A DNA stretch of 64,000 bases from Octopus sinensis. Taxonomy: Eukaryota. The stretch lies in contig NC_043006.1 in NCBI RefSeq assembly GCF_006345805.1, positions 9,858,001-9,922,000 of the forward strand, written 5' to 3'. Positions within the stretch are counted from its first letter, which is position 1. Every line of letters starts with the position of its first letter. The notes under the pieces are model-generated. The model did not search any database and was not told the origin of the DNA. It saw only the letters and a program-made list of their open reading frames with translations. A program made the position numbers and the translations under genes. Shown one piece after another: positions 13,349-25,769 of the stretch.

Positions 13349-13797
13349 GGGGTAGTAAATAATATTTGTGGTTAGGGATATGTTATTATGTTATGATACA
13401 TCTGAGATACATATCTATTTACCAATAACGGCTTGAACGAGAAAAGAAAAGATGTATAATTAATGGAAATATAACTAAGGGAGGTAACCGAGTAATGCAT
13501 TATAATATAATATTAGAATATTAGAATATTAGAATGCAGAGAAATTTTTAGGCACTGGAATAAGTTTGAGGGGTGGTAAATAACAATTGCAGTGAGGGTT
13601 ATGTTATTCTGTTATGAATAGATCTAAGCTACATTGCCAACTGACAAGAAATTGTCTGAAAGAGAAAAGAAAAGATGAAAAGAAATGCATGAAAATATAT
13701 TCATAATTATTGACTACAACTAACGGGAAGTAACCGTGTAATACATTATAATATTATAATACAGAGAGATATTTAGGCACTAAAAAAAGGTTGAGGT
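13349..13797. repeat. Diverged tandem duplication, period about 225 bp
   Basis: ggggtagtaaataa/ggggtggtaaataa at 13349/13570; taggcact at 13549/13774. Confidence 0.7.
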
Positions 13798-14132
13798 TAA
13801 TTTCAATTACAGAGAGAAACAGCAGGTTTTCAGGTTCGGATTGAAGTAGGGCGAAACGGAAAATAATGAAACTATGTGTTATTATAGTTGCATAAGGTTG
13901 TAAAGATGTATACGGTTGTAAAATTGTAAAAAAATTTAATTAATCATAATTATAATTATTCGGGTTAAGATAGTGATGAAAGGACAGTAATTTTATGAGG
14001 CAGTGTGTCATGAGATGTATATGAATACACCTACCTGTGTAAATGTGAATAAGTATATGAATCGGCACTCACGGAAAATGCTTTTAAATAAATGCTTATA
14101 AATATATGCAGTAACATCCTCAGGAAAGCTGT

Positions 14133-14199
<67 letters not shown>

Positions 14200-14220
14200 T
14201 ATATTATATATATTATGTTT

Positions 14221-14253
<33 letters not shown>

Positions 14254-14330
14254 AATATATATGCAATTATATTTCTGTGTATATATATATATATACGTAA
14301 ATATATGTCTGTGAATTTATAATATATATA

Positions 14331-15032
14331 TATAATTAATTAATAAGGGTGAGAGAATTAGATACTAATTTAATAGTATCTATTCTACACCAAGTGGCCT
14401 AGTGCTCCGAGAAACCTGGATTATTATAATATTTTATAATATATTATAATATTTTTACAAAATAAATATAAGAGAGTGGTCACTATATGGCTCACTCTAG
14501 CACCAGTTAATCCAATAGGTTTTTCAACCACAAAAATACATGTTTCCCATGAAAGTCAGTACGATTGTTAGCTCACACGGACAGGGCAAATAAAAAATAA
14601 CAAAAACAGATTATTTTGGGACAATTGTTTCGCTATTAATGAATTAAATGTAATTTTACTTACAAAAAAATCCACTTGTAGCTCCTCAGCCAAAACTATC
14701 TGGATGAAATCCACTCAATCACACGCCAGATTTTATCAAACGATAAATACGCGTGTGGTTCAATTGATTACATCTCCGACGTTATAATTCAAATGCCCCA
14801 ACTAACAGCGCGCCAAATTTTCACGGAAAACAAATACAGCATTTAGAAATAAATGCAGCATAATTATAATTAATTAATAAGGGTGAGAGAATTAGATACT
14901 AATTTAATAGTATATCTATTCTACACCAAGTGGCCTAGTGCTCCGAGAAACCTGGATTATTATAATATTTTAATAATATATTATAATATTTTTACAAAAT
15001 AAATATAAGAGAGTGGTCACTATATGGCTCAC
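14331..15032 (-). mobile_element. Terminally redundant non-coding element (534-nt unit plus about 165-bp direct repeat) carrying a hammerhead; PLE pLTR or retrozyme-like
   Basis: Near-identical repeats at 14331-14495 and 14865-15032; HHR in the unique part; (TA)n flanks. Confidence 0.75.
14614..14695 (-). ncRNA. Type I hammerhead ribozyme, intact core
   Basis: ttttgg-CTGAGGA-gct...agc-GAAAC-aatt-GTC-ccaaaa: 6-bp stem I, G-C-closed stem II, palindromic stem III, GUC cleavage site. Confidence 0.85.
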
Positions 15033-15070
15033 ATATATACATATTTATATATACATACATTATACATATG

Positions 15071-15110
<40 letters not shown>

Positions 15111-15639
15111 CCTACATATGTACATATATATATATATATATTATATATATATATAATATATAATATATATATATATACATATCTATAATATATTTATATA
15201 TATTGCACCTATGTGCGTTTGTGCATACGTGCCTGTAGGCGTATGTATGCTTGCACGTTTTAATGCACAGGAAAAATGTTGAGTGTCGTACAGCCACACT
15301 CATATATTAGATGTACCGACTTACATGGGTATATTTTTTACGTTATAGTCCTCTAACTGCTTAAGCGTTAAAGGTTATCAGCTTTTTGTATAAGATAAAG
15401 AATGTCTTCCTTTATTCCAAAAACTGATGATAACGATGTTTTACATGTGTTTGATTTATCGATAACCAACGCCAGAATAACGGTTTGAGATTGTCGCATA
15501 AGTTGTTTTATGTTTTAAAAAATGTTTTTAAAAACGAGTAGATGTACAGAGGTTATGCGAAAGAGTCATGAAGTTACAGAAAACATACTTAAAACGTCAA
15601 AAAATAAATACAAAATGTTTGTAAGGAAAATGATATATA

Positions 15640-16030
15640 GCACTGGCCTGACAATAAGAACATGTAATTAACTTCGATAAGCATATGCTGTTAACCAGGG
15701 CGGTTTGCTGAAAAGGTAACTTATTTCCTCTGAGAAGGTGCATTTATGTGATTACTCAACCACCGTGAAACAGCAGTTAAATGTTCCTCAAATGATATTT
15801 TAATCTGCTGTTCAAATAGATATGTTTGGATAAGATAGAGAGTATATGTATCAAAGATTGGTGTGGTAAAGATGTGGTTCATTTGTGGATTACACAACTG
15901 CAATTTCAGCCACAAATTTCAGTCCCAATAGGTCACATTAGCAAGTAATAAACAATTAGTCTTTGATATTTAGATATTTACTTTCCAATTTGCAAAGTAA
16001 AGGAGTGTAAACATTTTTTTGAACTGCATA
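15640..16030 (-). mobile_element. Probable Tc1-like terminal fragment
   Basis: Minus strand starts tatgcagttcaaaaaaatgtttacactcc, resembling Tc1 TIRs; no transposase seen. Confidence 0.35.
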
Positions 16031-16169
16031 CTTGTAAATTCCCACCCTTTTATATAAATCCCAACGTAATGCTATGTTGAATAGAGAAGATTTCTATCTT
16101 TTGGATATATAATAATATCATTTTCACATTTCTGTTCTGGTTCATATCAGCGTAAGCATTCCTTTGGCT

Positions 16170-16590
16170 GTACAATACAATCAGATGATGTTGATGACGA
16201 CGACGACGGTGTTGATGATGATGATGATGATGATGATGAGGTGGAGGAGGAAGACGAGGAGGAGGGGAATAATGAGGATGAGGATGAAGATGAGGATGAA
16301 TGATGATGATGATGATGATGAGGATGATGATGATGATGATGATTCATTTATTTTAATTATAGTATTTTAATACTAATCAGAAAAGTAAGAATGATATTCA
16401 TTTTCACAGTAATAATACGAAGAAGAAGAAGAAGAAGGAGGAGGTGGGGGAGGAGAAGGAAGAGGAGAAAAAGAAGATAGGGGATAGAAGAAATAAGAAG
16501 AAGAAGAAGAAGAAGAAGAAGGAGTGGAGAAGAAGAAGAAGAAAGAGTTAGAAAGAAAAGAAGAAGAAGAAGAAGAAGAAAAAAAAGAAG
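16170..16590. repeat. (GAT)n, (GAG)n and (GAA)n trinucleotide tracts
   Basis: Direct reading; source of the poly-H/S/D/M ORFs. Confidence 0.95.
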
Positions 16591-16984
16591 CTAAAAGAGA
16601 ATATTTACTTTAGATTTTACACGAAAGGACCATGTTGCCCAAAGTACGACTAACATGAAACAGGATTAAATGTTATCTTAAATTAGTTATGTCGATGCCA
16701 ATTCTAGACGAAACCTATCGAAATATAACTAAGTATTATAAACAGACTATTATAAATAAGTCTATTTATAATAGTGTAAATTTTACTACATATTTAAATT
16801 CTTCACATTATGATAATTACCACGGTTAGAATTTTGGCAGATTAACGCGTAAATGGAAAGTTACTTGCGTATCAAATTGTTATTTTAATACGAAAACACC
16901 GTTTTATGTTTATTCTAACTTGTAAAGCTTTATATGTTTTATTAATTGACGTTTCTATGTTTTAGTTTCTATATGTAACCGTTT

Positions 16985-18088
16985 AATCATGCCACATACA
17001 AAAGAAGACGCGGAACTGTCGTAATTTCAAAGAGACTGCATTGTGAGTCATTCTGATGTTGGACATCTGCGTAAAATCGCAGAAAACATTGGGATCCTGC
17101 TTTCTACAGTTAATAGAGTGTTTGTGAAATTCAAATGAGACGGGTAGGAGCCCACCACCTCGCTCAGATCAAATAGGGCCCTCTGACAGGACCCATCTCT
17201 TTGCAAAGTGAAGTGTGGAGGATAATCTTCGTTGCAAAGCATCTGACATAGGAGAACATGTTGATGCCAGTCCCAAAACAGCTGTCAGGTATTTCCATGA
17301 TCTTGGTTACCATGGCAGAGTAGCAAGAAGGAAGCCAATTCTTCAACCAGCCAACATCGAGCAGTGAAAAGATTACGCCAGAGAGATGGGGGAGAGGCCA
17401 CTAGCATTTTGAGACGCTGTAATATTCGATGATGAGTCCAGATTTGCTGTATTTCCTGAGTGTGGTCGAGTGTGGATCTGGAGACTGTGTGCTCAAGAAT
17501 TTGTTGTGAAAAGTTTGCAGACACCAATGAAACATGTCAGTTATTCTGTGATGGTCTGGGAAGCAAATTAGAGCAATGGTAGATCAGAACTGGTTGAGAG
17601 TGAGTGAAACATAAACTCAAATAAATATGTGTACATATTGCATAAAGGACTCCTTCCAATTTTCTCCAGTAGTGAAATGATTAAAGAAAACTATTTGTGG
17701 AAGATGTGGATCCATGTCACACGGCAAAAGTGACCCAAGCTACGTTGGGTGAGAATGTCAAAAAAAGCTTCCATGGCCAACCCAGTCATCATATATGAAG
17801 CCTATTGAACACCTCTGGGACATAATGAACAGGACACTTCATAAAAAGAAAAAGAAAACATCTTCAAAACCAAATCATTTGAGATTACTTGAAGAACTTC
17901 TGCAAGAGAATATTCTTCATCAGATCAGTAACATGCTTAATATGGCATGCATTGAAAACTGCAAAGGGCATGTCTGTTAAATATTAAATATTCACTTTAT
18001 AACAATTAATATATAACGTGAATGTAAATTTTCAGTTTTAAATAACTTTTAATGATTATAATTGTGACTATTTACTTCTGTCATGGTG
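16985..18088 (+). mobile_element. Tc1 (DD34E) transposon, decayed transposase with right TIR
   Basis: MPHTKE..ELS*FQR...GRVARRKPIL...IFDDESRF...VMVW...PCHTAK...PIEHLWD; the right end reads tacaccatgacagaagtaaatag on the minus strand. Confidence 0.88.
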
Positions 18089-18100
18089 TATATATATATA

Positions 18101-18134
<34 letters not shown>

Positions 18135-18152
18135 CCACACAATCACACACAT

Positions 18153-18208
<56 letters not shown>

Positions 18209-19261
18209 TTAGCAGCATAGAAACAAAAGTGCTGATGCGAATAATTCATTGTTAAGGTACCTGGCAAGAATGAGATAAGTATGCCAGTCATTTTATCCAA
18301 TTCCTGAAGCACTTAACAACTACGGTTTTTGTAAGAATTGATTTGGTTCAATATTAAAGACAGTAGACAGTCATCCAGTACATAGAATTATTCGAATAAA
18401 ACAATTTCTATTATTACATGTTTTTCACAAACATATAGATCCAAGGTAGGCAGATATATACATTGCTGACATATAGTGCATGACAATATACCATTACACT
18501 ACAATGAATTAAAACTCAACGGCTTTTAGGATTTCGTATTTAGTATTCAGAAAAGGAAAAATTTGACGAACGTCTTTTCAACAGTAAATGTCTTACTTCT
18601 TATTTAAAAACACTTTAACTTGTTTTCTTTTTAATTTCATAGGAAGCATGTCGTTCATTTCTACTAGCAAAACCATTTATTGGTTTCATCTTATAATTTG
18701 GTAAATATAACTCACTGCTACTGTGGAATGGCATGTTTGGACAATTACTGTCACATTCGGTCTTATAATCATATAGTTAAGACGAGATAGACAGTGTCTC
18801 AGGTTTTATGTCGCGAACAGTATCTTTGAACATCAAACAGAAACACTTTTCAATTCTTGTTGGTAGAATATTCTTATTCGCTTCACGTGTCCGGAATGTT
18901 TTCTCATAACTTATTTTCAGAATTGTCAAAGTATTTACTCATTCCATTCATAAACAGAGAAAAAGAATTCGTTATCGCGTTGATTCTTCTCACGTTAACC
19001 AAGTAAAGGAAAACAACTCAACGATGCATATATACACGTTCTATATTTTTATGCAGCTGAAGATTACTCTGCATTTTAAATGGGTTGTATTTTTCAATTA
19101 AATGGTGTTGCATGAAACGATCGTACTGCATTACTCCTGGATATCCTTCTTGCTTATTTTGATATATATATCAACCATTACCTTCTACTGGGTACGGGTG
19201 TTACGATTCAGTATAGTCCTGAACAGAAAATTAGATTTAACTTAGAGATTTCTCTCTTATT

Positions 19262-19600
19262 TAGGTGCAGCTTCGTGGCTGTATGGTAAGAAACTTCTTT
19301 CCCAACCACATGGTTTCGGTTTCAGTGGCACCTTTGCCAACCTCGGGCTGACCACAGCCATTTGATTGGATTTGTAGAAGGAAACTGGAAGAAGCCCATC
19401 GTGTATATGCATGTCTTCCTATGTGTGTAACTGTGTTTGTCCCCACACCATCGTTTATCAACCGATACTGGTGTGTTTACCTCCCCGTAACATAACGGTT
19501 TGGCAAAAGTGTCCGATGGAATAAATACAACGCTCACAAAAAGAAGTCCTGGGGTCGATTTTTTATATAGAGAGACGGTTCTTCAGCATGAAACAAGAAA
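19262..19600 (+). mobile_element. SINE family A, degenerate
   Basis: Collinear with the 10483 copy. Confidence 0.8.
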
Positions 19601-19602
19601 AA

Positions 19603-19654
<52 letters not shown>

Positions 19655-19870
19655 CGGAAGTTTACGAAAATAAACAAAAGACGAAGGCAGGTGGAGAACA
19701 AACAAAAAATGTATTAGTATGGCGCTCAGGAATAGAATAAAACAAGTCTTTTACGTTTCGAGCCAACGCTCTTCGACAGAAAGATACACAGAAAAGAAAC
19801 AAGGAGAGAAAAAATTGCTTGTAGGGGCTAACGATCCAGCATGGCGTTCTGATTTCAATATATATATATT

Positions 19871-19945
<75 letters not shown>

Positions 19946-20094
19946 CTGTCTGCTGGTGTAGGTAATTGAATATTAATTCCACAGAACAAATGCAATTTAA
20001 TCGGTGCTTAAATTGCTTAAATTTTCACATGCTAATAAATTTAAACATTCAGCAGAGTTCGTAAAGTTTTATTAAATATTGAGCAATCACAAAC

Positions 20095-20188
<94 letters not shown>

Positions 20189-20422
20189 ATCAAAATAAAC
20201 AACAAGAATATCCATTTTGATTTTAATCACCTTACTTTGAAATTGTATGGATGATACCGTACTAAATTCTGGTGCCCCAACTTAAGTACCTAATTCATCG
20301 GAATTTAAATTATTGCCGAACTCATCTACCATACCCAAAGTATATATATATGCATACATATATACATATATATCTATTTATATATATACATATATGCATA
20401 AAGTATAACGCATAACACACAC

Positions 20423-20514
<92 letters not shown>

Positions 20515-21242
20515 GATAGATAGATAGATGTACTTATATATCTATATATTATCTATCGACACACGCATATATATACAAAGAGGGGAAAGAGCGGGAAAGA
20601 GAAAGAGAGATGATAGACCTATCTGTGTGTGTTTGTGTATGCGTTTATGTGTGTGTGTAGGTGTGTATTTTTGTATCCTTATGCCCGTACATGTTTTATA
20701 TTTATGCGATTAATCCGCGGAAAGTATATTATTAAATGCCCATCATCGCCTCCCGTTGAATCATTTGAATATATATCGACAGTTTAATTTTCTTATCATG
20801 TATTTAATAAAACATAACTCAGCGGTTTTATATCCTATTAATAATGATTTATAGTGCGCAGGAATTTTAACTCATATCTGTCATTTTATTTCCACAATAG
20901 GGTTCTCCAGGGTTCTGCATATTAATTCATAAATATTATTTATGTGTTTGATTTCATCGCTTTTTAAATAACCTAAATGTATAATATTAACAGCCGATTC
21001 AATTTAATCTTTTTAGACAAAAAATGAGTGGGTATTTTTTTAACCGTTGTATATGTTTTTTTTTAAAGTTGCAATGTCATTGCAAGTATTTTGTTAATTA
21101 CACCTGTCAATAAGTATAAGTTTCTTAATAAATTTATAGCACAAACCTGTCCTTTGGGTATTATAGCAATACGATTTCTTGTAAATCTATAGTATTAAAA
21201 ATATGGTTTTCCGACTTGAATTCCATGCAGTGACCTGAATTA

Positions 21243-21355
21243 CAATAATAATGATAATAATAATAATAACAATAATAATAATAATAATAATAAAAATAAA
21301 AATAATAATAATAATAATAATAATAATAGTAATAATGATTATAATAATAATAATG

Positions 21356-21390
<35 letters not shown>

Positions 21391-21402
21391 TTTAATAATA
21401 TT

Positions 21403-21459
<57 letters not shown>

Positions 21460-21500
21460 CTTAGTAATAATAATAACAACAACAACAACAATAATAATAA
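21243..21500. repeat. (ATA)n microsatellite
   Basis: Direct reading. Confidence 0.95.
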
Positions 21501-21501
21501 T

Positions 21502-21630
21502 TGTTCGAAATTTCCCGAAGACACCTTTTGAAGACTGGAGGGTATATCAGCTGAAACGTTGTGTTAACAACAAACAAGATGTGGACAAATATCCGCAAGA
21601 TGTAAGTGACGTAAATAATATAAATAATAT
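21502..21630 (+). mobile_element. Short PLE-type repeat (family H) with decayed hammerhead
   Basis: acac-CTTTTGA-agactgg..cagct-GAAACGTT-gtgt; core mutated. Confidence 0.75.
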
Positions 21631-21989
21631 AGAATAATCAGTTGCCAGAAACAGAGGGCAGTAAATTGCTTTCCTTGACGGTGAAAGAGCGAGCGAGAGA
21701 AAGAGAGTGAGAGAGAGAGAAAGATACCGAGAGCTGGAGAGAGAGGGAAGGGAAGTTAGGGACGAAGAGATAGAAGGCAACAACTTTGTGACCAGATTCT
21801 AAAGTGCGTCACTGAGTCAATTATGCCAATGCGTTTCGTCCCATTTGTTAAATTGTCTATTTCTTGTTTGTTCTTATTTAAAGCAGCAACATCTCTGGTG
21901 TTGATGCTGTACACCATTGTGAATTGATATTCCCTGCATTATTATTTTATGATTCTCTAGCAAATGACCTGTCTTTAAGATGTGCTCAA

Positions 21990-22330
21990 AGCTATGGTGT
22001 GTGCCTTCGTTAGAAATTATTTTCACTTATAAAGATGCCAAACAAGATGCTCTTCAATATCTTCCCGAAGGACCTGAGAGACCTGAGAGACATGGGGTGG
22101 ATACAGATGTTTTCAAAATAAAGCTGGACCTCTTCCTGTCAGGTTTCCCAGATGAACCAACTTCATGGCAGGAGGTGCAGATGAGGGCAGCTGCATCAAA
22201 CTCTCTCATGCACCAAATGGCAGTTGCTAAAAAGCATTCGTGAAGTAAAATCATGTAGCAACACCGAATGGCGGTGCCCCAGCATGGCCACAGCTCGTGA
22301 GCTGAAACTAGATGAAATGAAATGAAAAAA
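21990..22330 (+). mobile_element. CR1/L2-type LINE 3' end with tail
   Basis: LFNIFPKDLRDL..HGVDTDVFKIKLDLFLSGFPDEPTS...RAAASNSLMHQM*, then a hairpin and a (tgaaa)n tail. Confidence 0.85.
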
Positions 22331-22429
22331 AATGAAAGACTCCCTATTAGTTTTACAATATCCTCTCTCCATTAAAACTTATCTCCACTCAAGGAATCTA
22401 CATTCACATACTGGTATCTCAATTAGCTT

Positions 22430-22668
22430 ATACCAAGGCGGCGAGCTGGCAGAAACGTTAGCACGCTGGCTGAAATGCGTATCCGTATTTCGTCTGCCGT
22501 CACGTTCTGAGTTCAAATTCCGCTGAGGTCGACTTTGCCTTTCATCCTTTCGGGGTCGATAAATTAAGTACCAGTTACGAACTGGGGTCAATGTAATCGA
22601 CTTAATTCGTTTGTCTGTCTTTGTTTGTCCCCTCTTTGTTTGTCCTCCTTGTGGGTAGTAAAGAAATA
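22430..22668 (+). mobile_element. SINE family B, full length with target-site duplication
   Basis: Head ggcggcgagctggcagaa, B-box gagttcaaattcc, central gtcgactttgcctttcatcctttcggggtcgataaa; ggtatctcaattagctt repeated at 22413-22429 and 22669-22685. Confidence 0.92.
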
Positions 22669-23039
22669 GGTATCTCAATTAGCTTTCTTCTTTCCACCAC
22701 AAGAATGATATCAACCTATCAGTTCCTCTGCTATCTACTACTCCTAGATCTCTCTAACGAAAACGTTGATTTCTAAATTACTCATCTTTCTTACATTCAC
22801 AGGTTTAGAACAGTTTACGCAGAGCGCCCGTTTGGAGTGATTGCTCGAAAGGAGTAATCTAGCTACCTACGATTTAGGATCATAAGTGAGCAGCACGTCG
22901 AGAAAGATTCTTGAGTGAAAATTTTGTTCCAAATACAAGAGATATAATTGCGAGGTAGACGTTGGCCAAAGAATCAAAAGCTGGTGCATTTTGAGGTCTC
23001 TGCTTGTAAACAATGTACCTTTAGTTCACTTAAGTTTGA

Positions 23040-23260
23040 AGCAAACGAAAAAACATTTTCGGTAGAGAATCTTCTTGATATCTTGACTCATTCTCACCTT
23101 TTACAATTAGTCAATATTCCTACTTGTATAACGAAAACCTCCAGTCAAATTCTCTATCTGCTTCACTAAAATGCTTGTGTTTCAATCTAACACTACCCGT
23201 TTGTTTTCCAGTTACTAACACTAACCACGTCTTGTTAATCTTTGTTACGTAATTTTTTTC
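23040..23260 (+). mobile_element. LINE AP-endonuclease C-terminal remnant
   Basis: LLDILTHSHLLQLVNIPTCITKTSSQIL matches the LxQLVxxPTRITxTSSTLID pattern. Confidence 0.6.
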
Positions 23261-23689
23261 ATATTCTAGGTGAAGTCAATCCTACCCTGGTTAACATTAT
23301 CAAATATATCTACGATTATCTACGAAACTATGGATGATTTTCTAACGTTTGTTCACGGCCTGCAAAGCCATCCCTAATTCCATGTTCGATGACATCACTA
23401 ATTCAACGTGCAGCTTTATATTATGTAAATGCAGCATTAGAAAATGAAATCTGTATCCAAAGACGGCAATTCAGTAGAGAGTTGCTATGCAAAAGCTTGT
23501 TTCACATGCGCAAAAAAATTACACTGTCCTAAATTGAAAGCAGATATATATAATAATTGCAATGAGCAATTCAATAAACACCAATGTATGACAAAACAAT
23601 TATAAAGTCGTACATTGTTTTAACGTTCATGTAAAATGAGGCTTATATCAAATTTGAAAATAGTTAATTTTCCTACATTAGTTACATTT

Positions 23690-23815
23690 GACGGATATTT
23701 GTCCTCGTATTGTTTGTTGTTAAGACAACGTTTCGGCTGTTATCCCTCCAGCCTTAAATAGGTGTCTTGGGGAAATTTCGAACCTGGTTTCTCATTGCTA
23801 AGGTATTTTTCGATG
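23690..23815 (-). mobile_element. Family H repeat, decayed hammerhead
   Basis: Reverse complement of the 23985 copy. Confidence 0.8.
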
Positions 23816-23819
23816 GGCA

Positions 23820-23872
23820 TATGGTGTAGTGGTTATTAGTGCGGGCTACAAACCTCAAGATTCCGAGTTTGA
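23820..23872 (+). mobile_element. Truncated tRNA-like SINE head
   Basis: A-box tggtgtagtgg and B-box-like gagtttgaa, cut off by (TAA)n. Confidence 0.5.
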
Positions 23873-23923
23873 ATAATAATAATAATAATAATAATGATAA
23901 TAATAATAATAATAATAATAATG

Positions 23924-23962
<39 letters not shown>

Positions 23963-23984
23963 TAATAATATAATAATAATAGCA

Positions 23985-24165
23985 TCGAAAAATACCTTAG
24001 GAATGAGAACCCAGGTTCGAAATTTCCCCAAGACACTTGATAAAGGCTGAAGGATATATCAGCTGAAACGTTGTGTTAACAACAAACAAGATGAGGACAA
24101 TTATCCATCAAATGCAAATAATGTAAATAATGTACGTAATTCCGCATATCTTAAATATAGAACTG
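23985..24165 (+). mobile_element. Family H repeat, decayed hammerhead
   Basis: acac-TTGATAA-aggctg..cagct-GAAACGTT-gtgt. Confidence 0.8.
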
Positions 24166-24189
24166 GAATAAAATTTCCCTTAAGATTTC

Positions 24190-24760
24190 TCACCGAGGTA
24201 AGACTTTAAACTGCAGCCGCTAGTCGGGCCTTGGTAAGGGGGACAAGCTTTTGAAGTGTGCGAAAAGAACCGCTTAGCTCTTATTGTTCGCAGGTCTATT
24301 CTGACCCGGAGTAGCAGAACCTGTTAATGTCATATGTGTATGTTAACGAGCTCGTGTAGCTGTTACTTCAAACTCTGGCTACATCTGCTCCGATAATTAA
24401 CAATCGACGAAAAATGAGATCCTGCGGATCACACTATCCCAAATTGTGAATGATCGTGATCGAGGACAAATTGTGTTGCCACTGAATGTCAGAACATAAA
24501 ATCTACACACCTCAACAACGTATGACGAATACAACAACGGCGTTCGCATTATCCGAGGCGATTGCTCACCCAGCAGAAGAAGTTGTCAAATTTTGAAGCT
24601 GGATTTTTAGGCTGCATATAGAAGCATTACGCTACGCTCGGCTGTCGGATGTGTTCATCACTCTTAATGGGCGTAGTGAACGCCGACTCAACCGACTCCG
24701 GGTGAATTCCGCCTCAATTACCAGTAACTGAGTACATGCAGGTGCGAAGCCGGATTATCA
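24190..24760 (+). mobile_element. Probable RTE LINE 5' region (AP-endonuclease start), highly decayed
   Basis: CVAT[W]NVRT and ALSE motifs across frameshifts; locally raised GC. Confidence 0.45.
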
Positions 24761-25689
24761 CACTGTTTCATTTATGATAAAATATAAATTTATTAGGCAT
24801 TCTTAAGATATTGAGCTAAGAAATTATTCATGCCAACCTATCACACCTAATGTGACCCAGCGTCAGTTAATGTGAGCTAGTCATACAGTACAGTTCTTGT
24901 TATATGTTGTAATAAGTCACCCTCCTGGCTATCGCATTTCTTTAAGAATTAATATGTTTTTCTATGAAAACTAGTTTCTGCACTGAAGTATCTGACAATA
25001 CTACCGATTTACATCATTGATCAATAACTAATAGTTTTATAGTTCTTAACTAAATTTTATGTGACGGTTGAGATTTAAAATGAATTATTTCTACATTTTT
25101 TTCCTTTGCACTAAACCTTAATTAAATATAGTTGACTGCATTTAAAGATAATTCATTGTTCCTGCTGTTGTTGTTGTTGTTGTGGTTATTGTTGATAATT
25201 TTTGCTTTGCATCATACAAACAATGAGTTAACATTTGTTTCCAAATTAATTTTATCCCAACTGTTAGACATCACAAATTTTCTTTGATTTGACTTCTGTC
25301 TTTTAAGTAAAAAGAAAGAAAAAATGTTTTATTAGATATTTTCATTGATAGAATTTGAGTTATATATTGAAGTAATTTCAGAGTTTAAGAAAGACAAAAT
25401 TCTAGTGTTTATGAAAATAGAAATAGTAATCTCATCATTGTATAGCAAGAAATATATGACATTTATGAAACAGAGCAGGCAATATTTCAAATTTATTAAT
25501 ATATATAATCAGTCTATTAAAAATGATCGCAGAAAATTTAAATGTCTTTTATAATTTTGATATACATGTCTATTCTAAACAATCGGTGTGTGTGTATCTT
25601 TGTCATATGTATATACGTGTGTGTAATCTGTATGTATGCTAGTATATTCGTATATATATATATATAATATATATATATATATATGTGTA

Positions 25690-25721
<32 letters not shown>

Positions 25722-25769
25722 CATGTATGTATGTGTGTGTATGTGTGTGTGTGTGTAAAGATTTATATA

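Noticed and set aside
18643-18700. Apparent exon (tttcatag|...|gtaaat) encoding MSFISTSKTIYWFHLII
   Set aside because: Joining to the next acceptor near 18921 creates a stop; no supporting homology.
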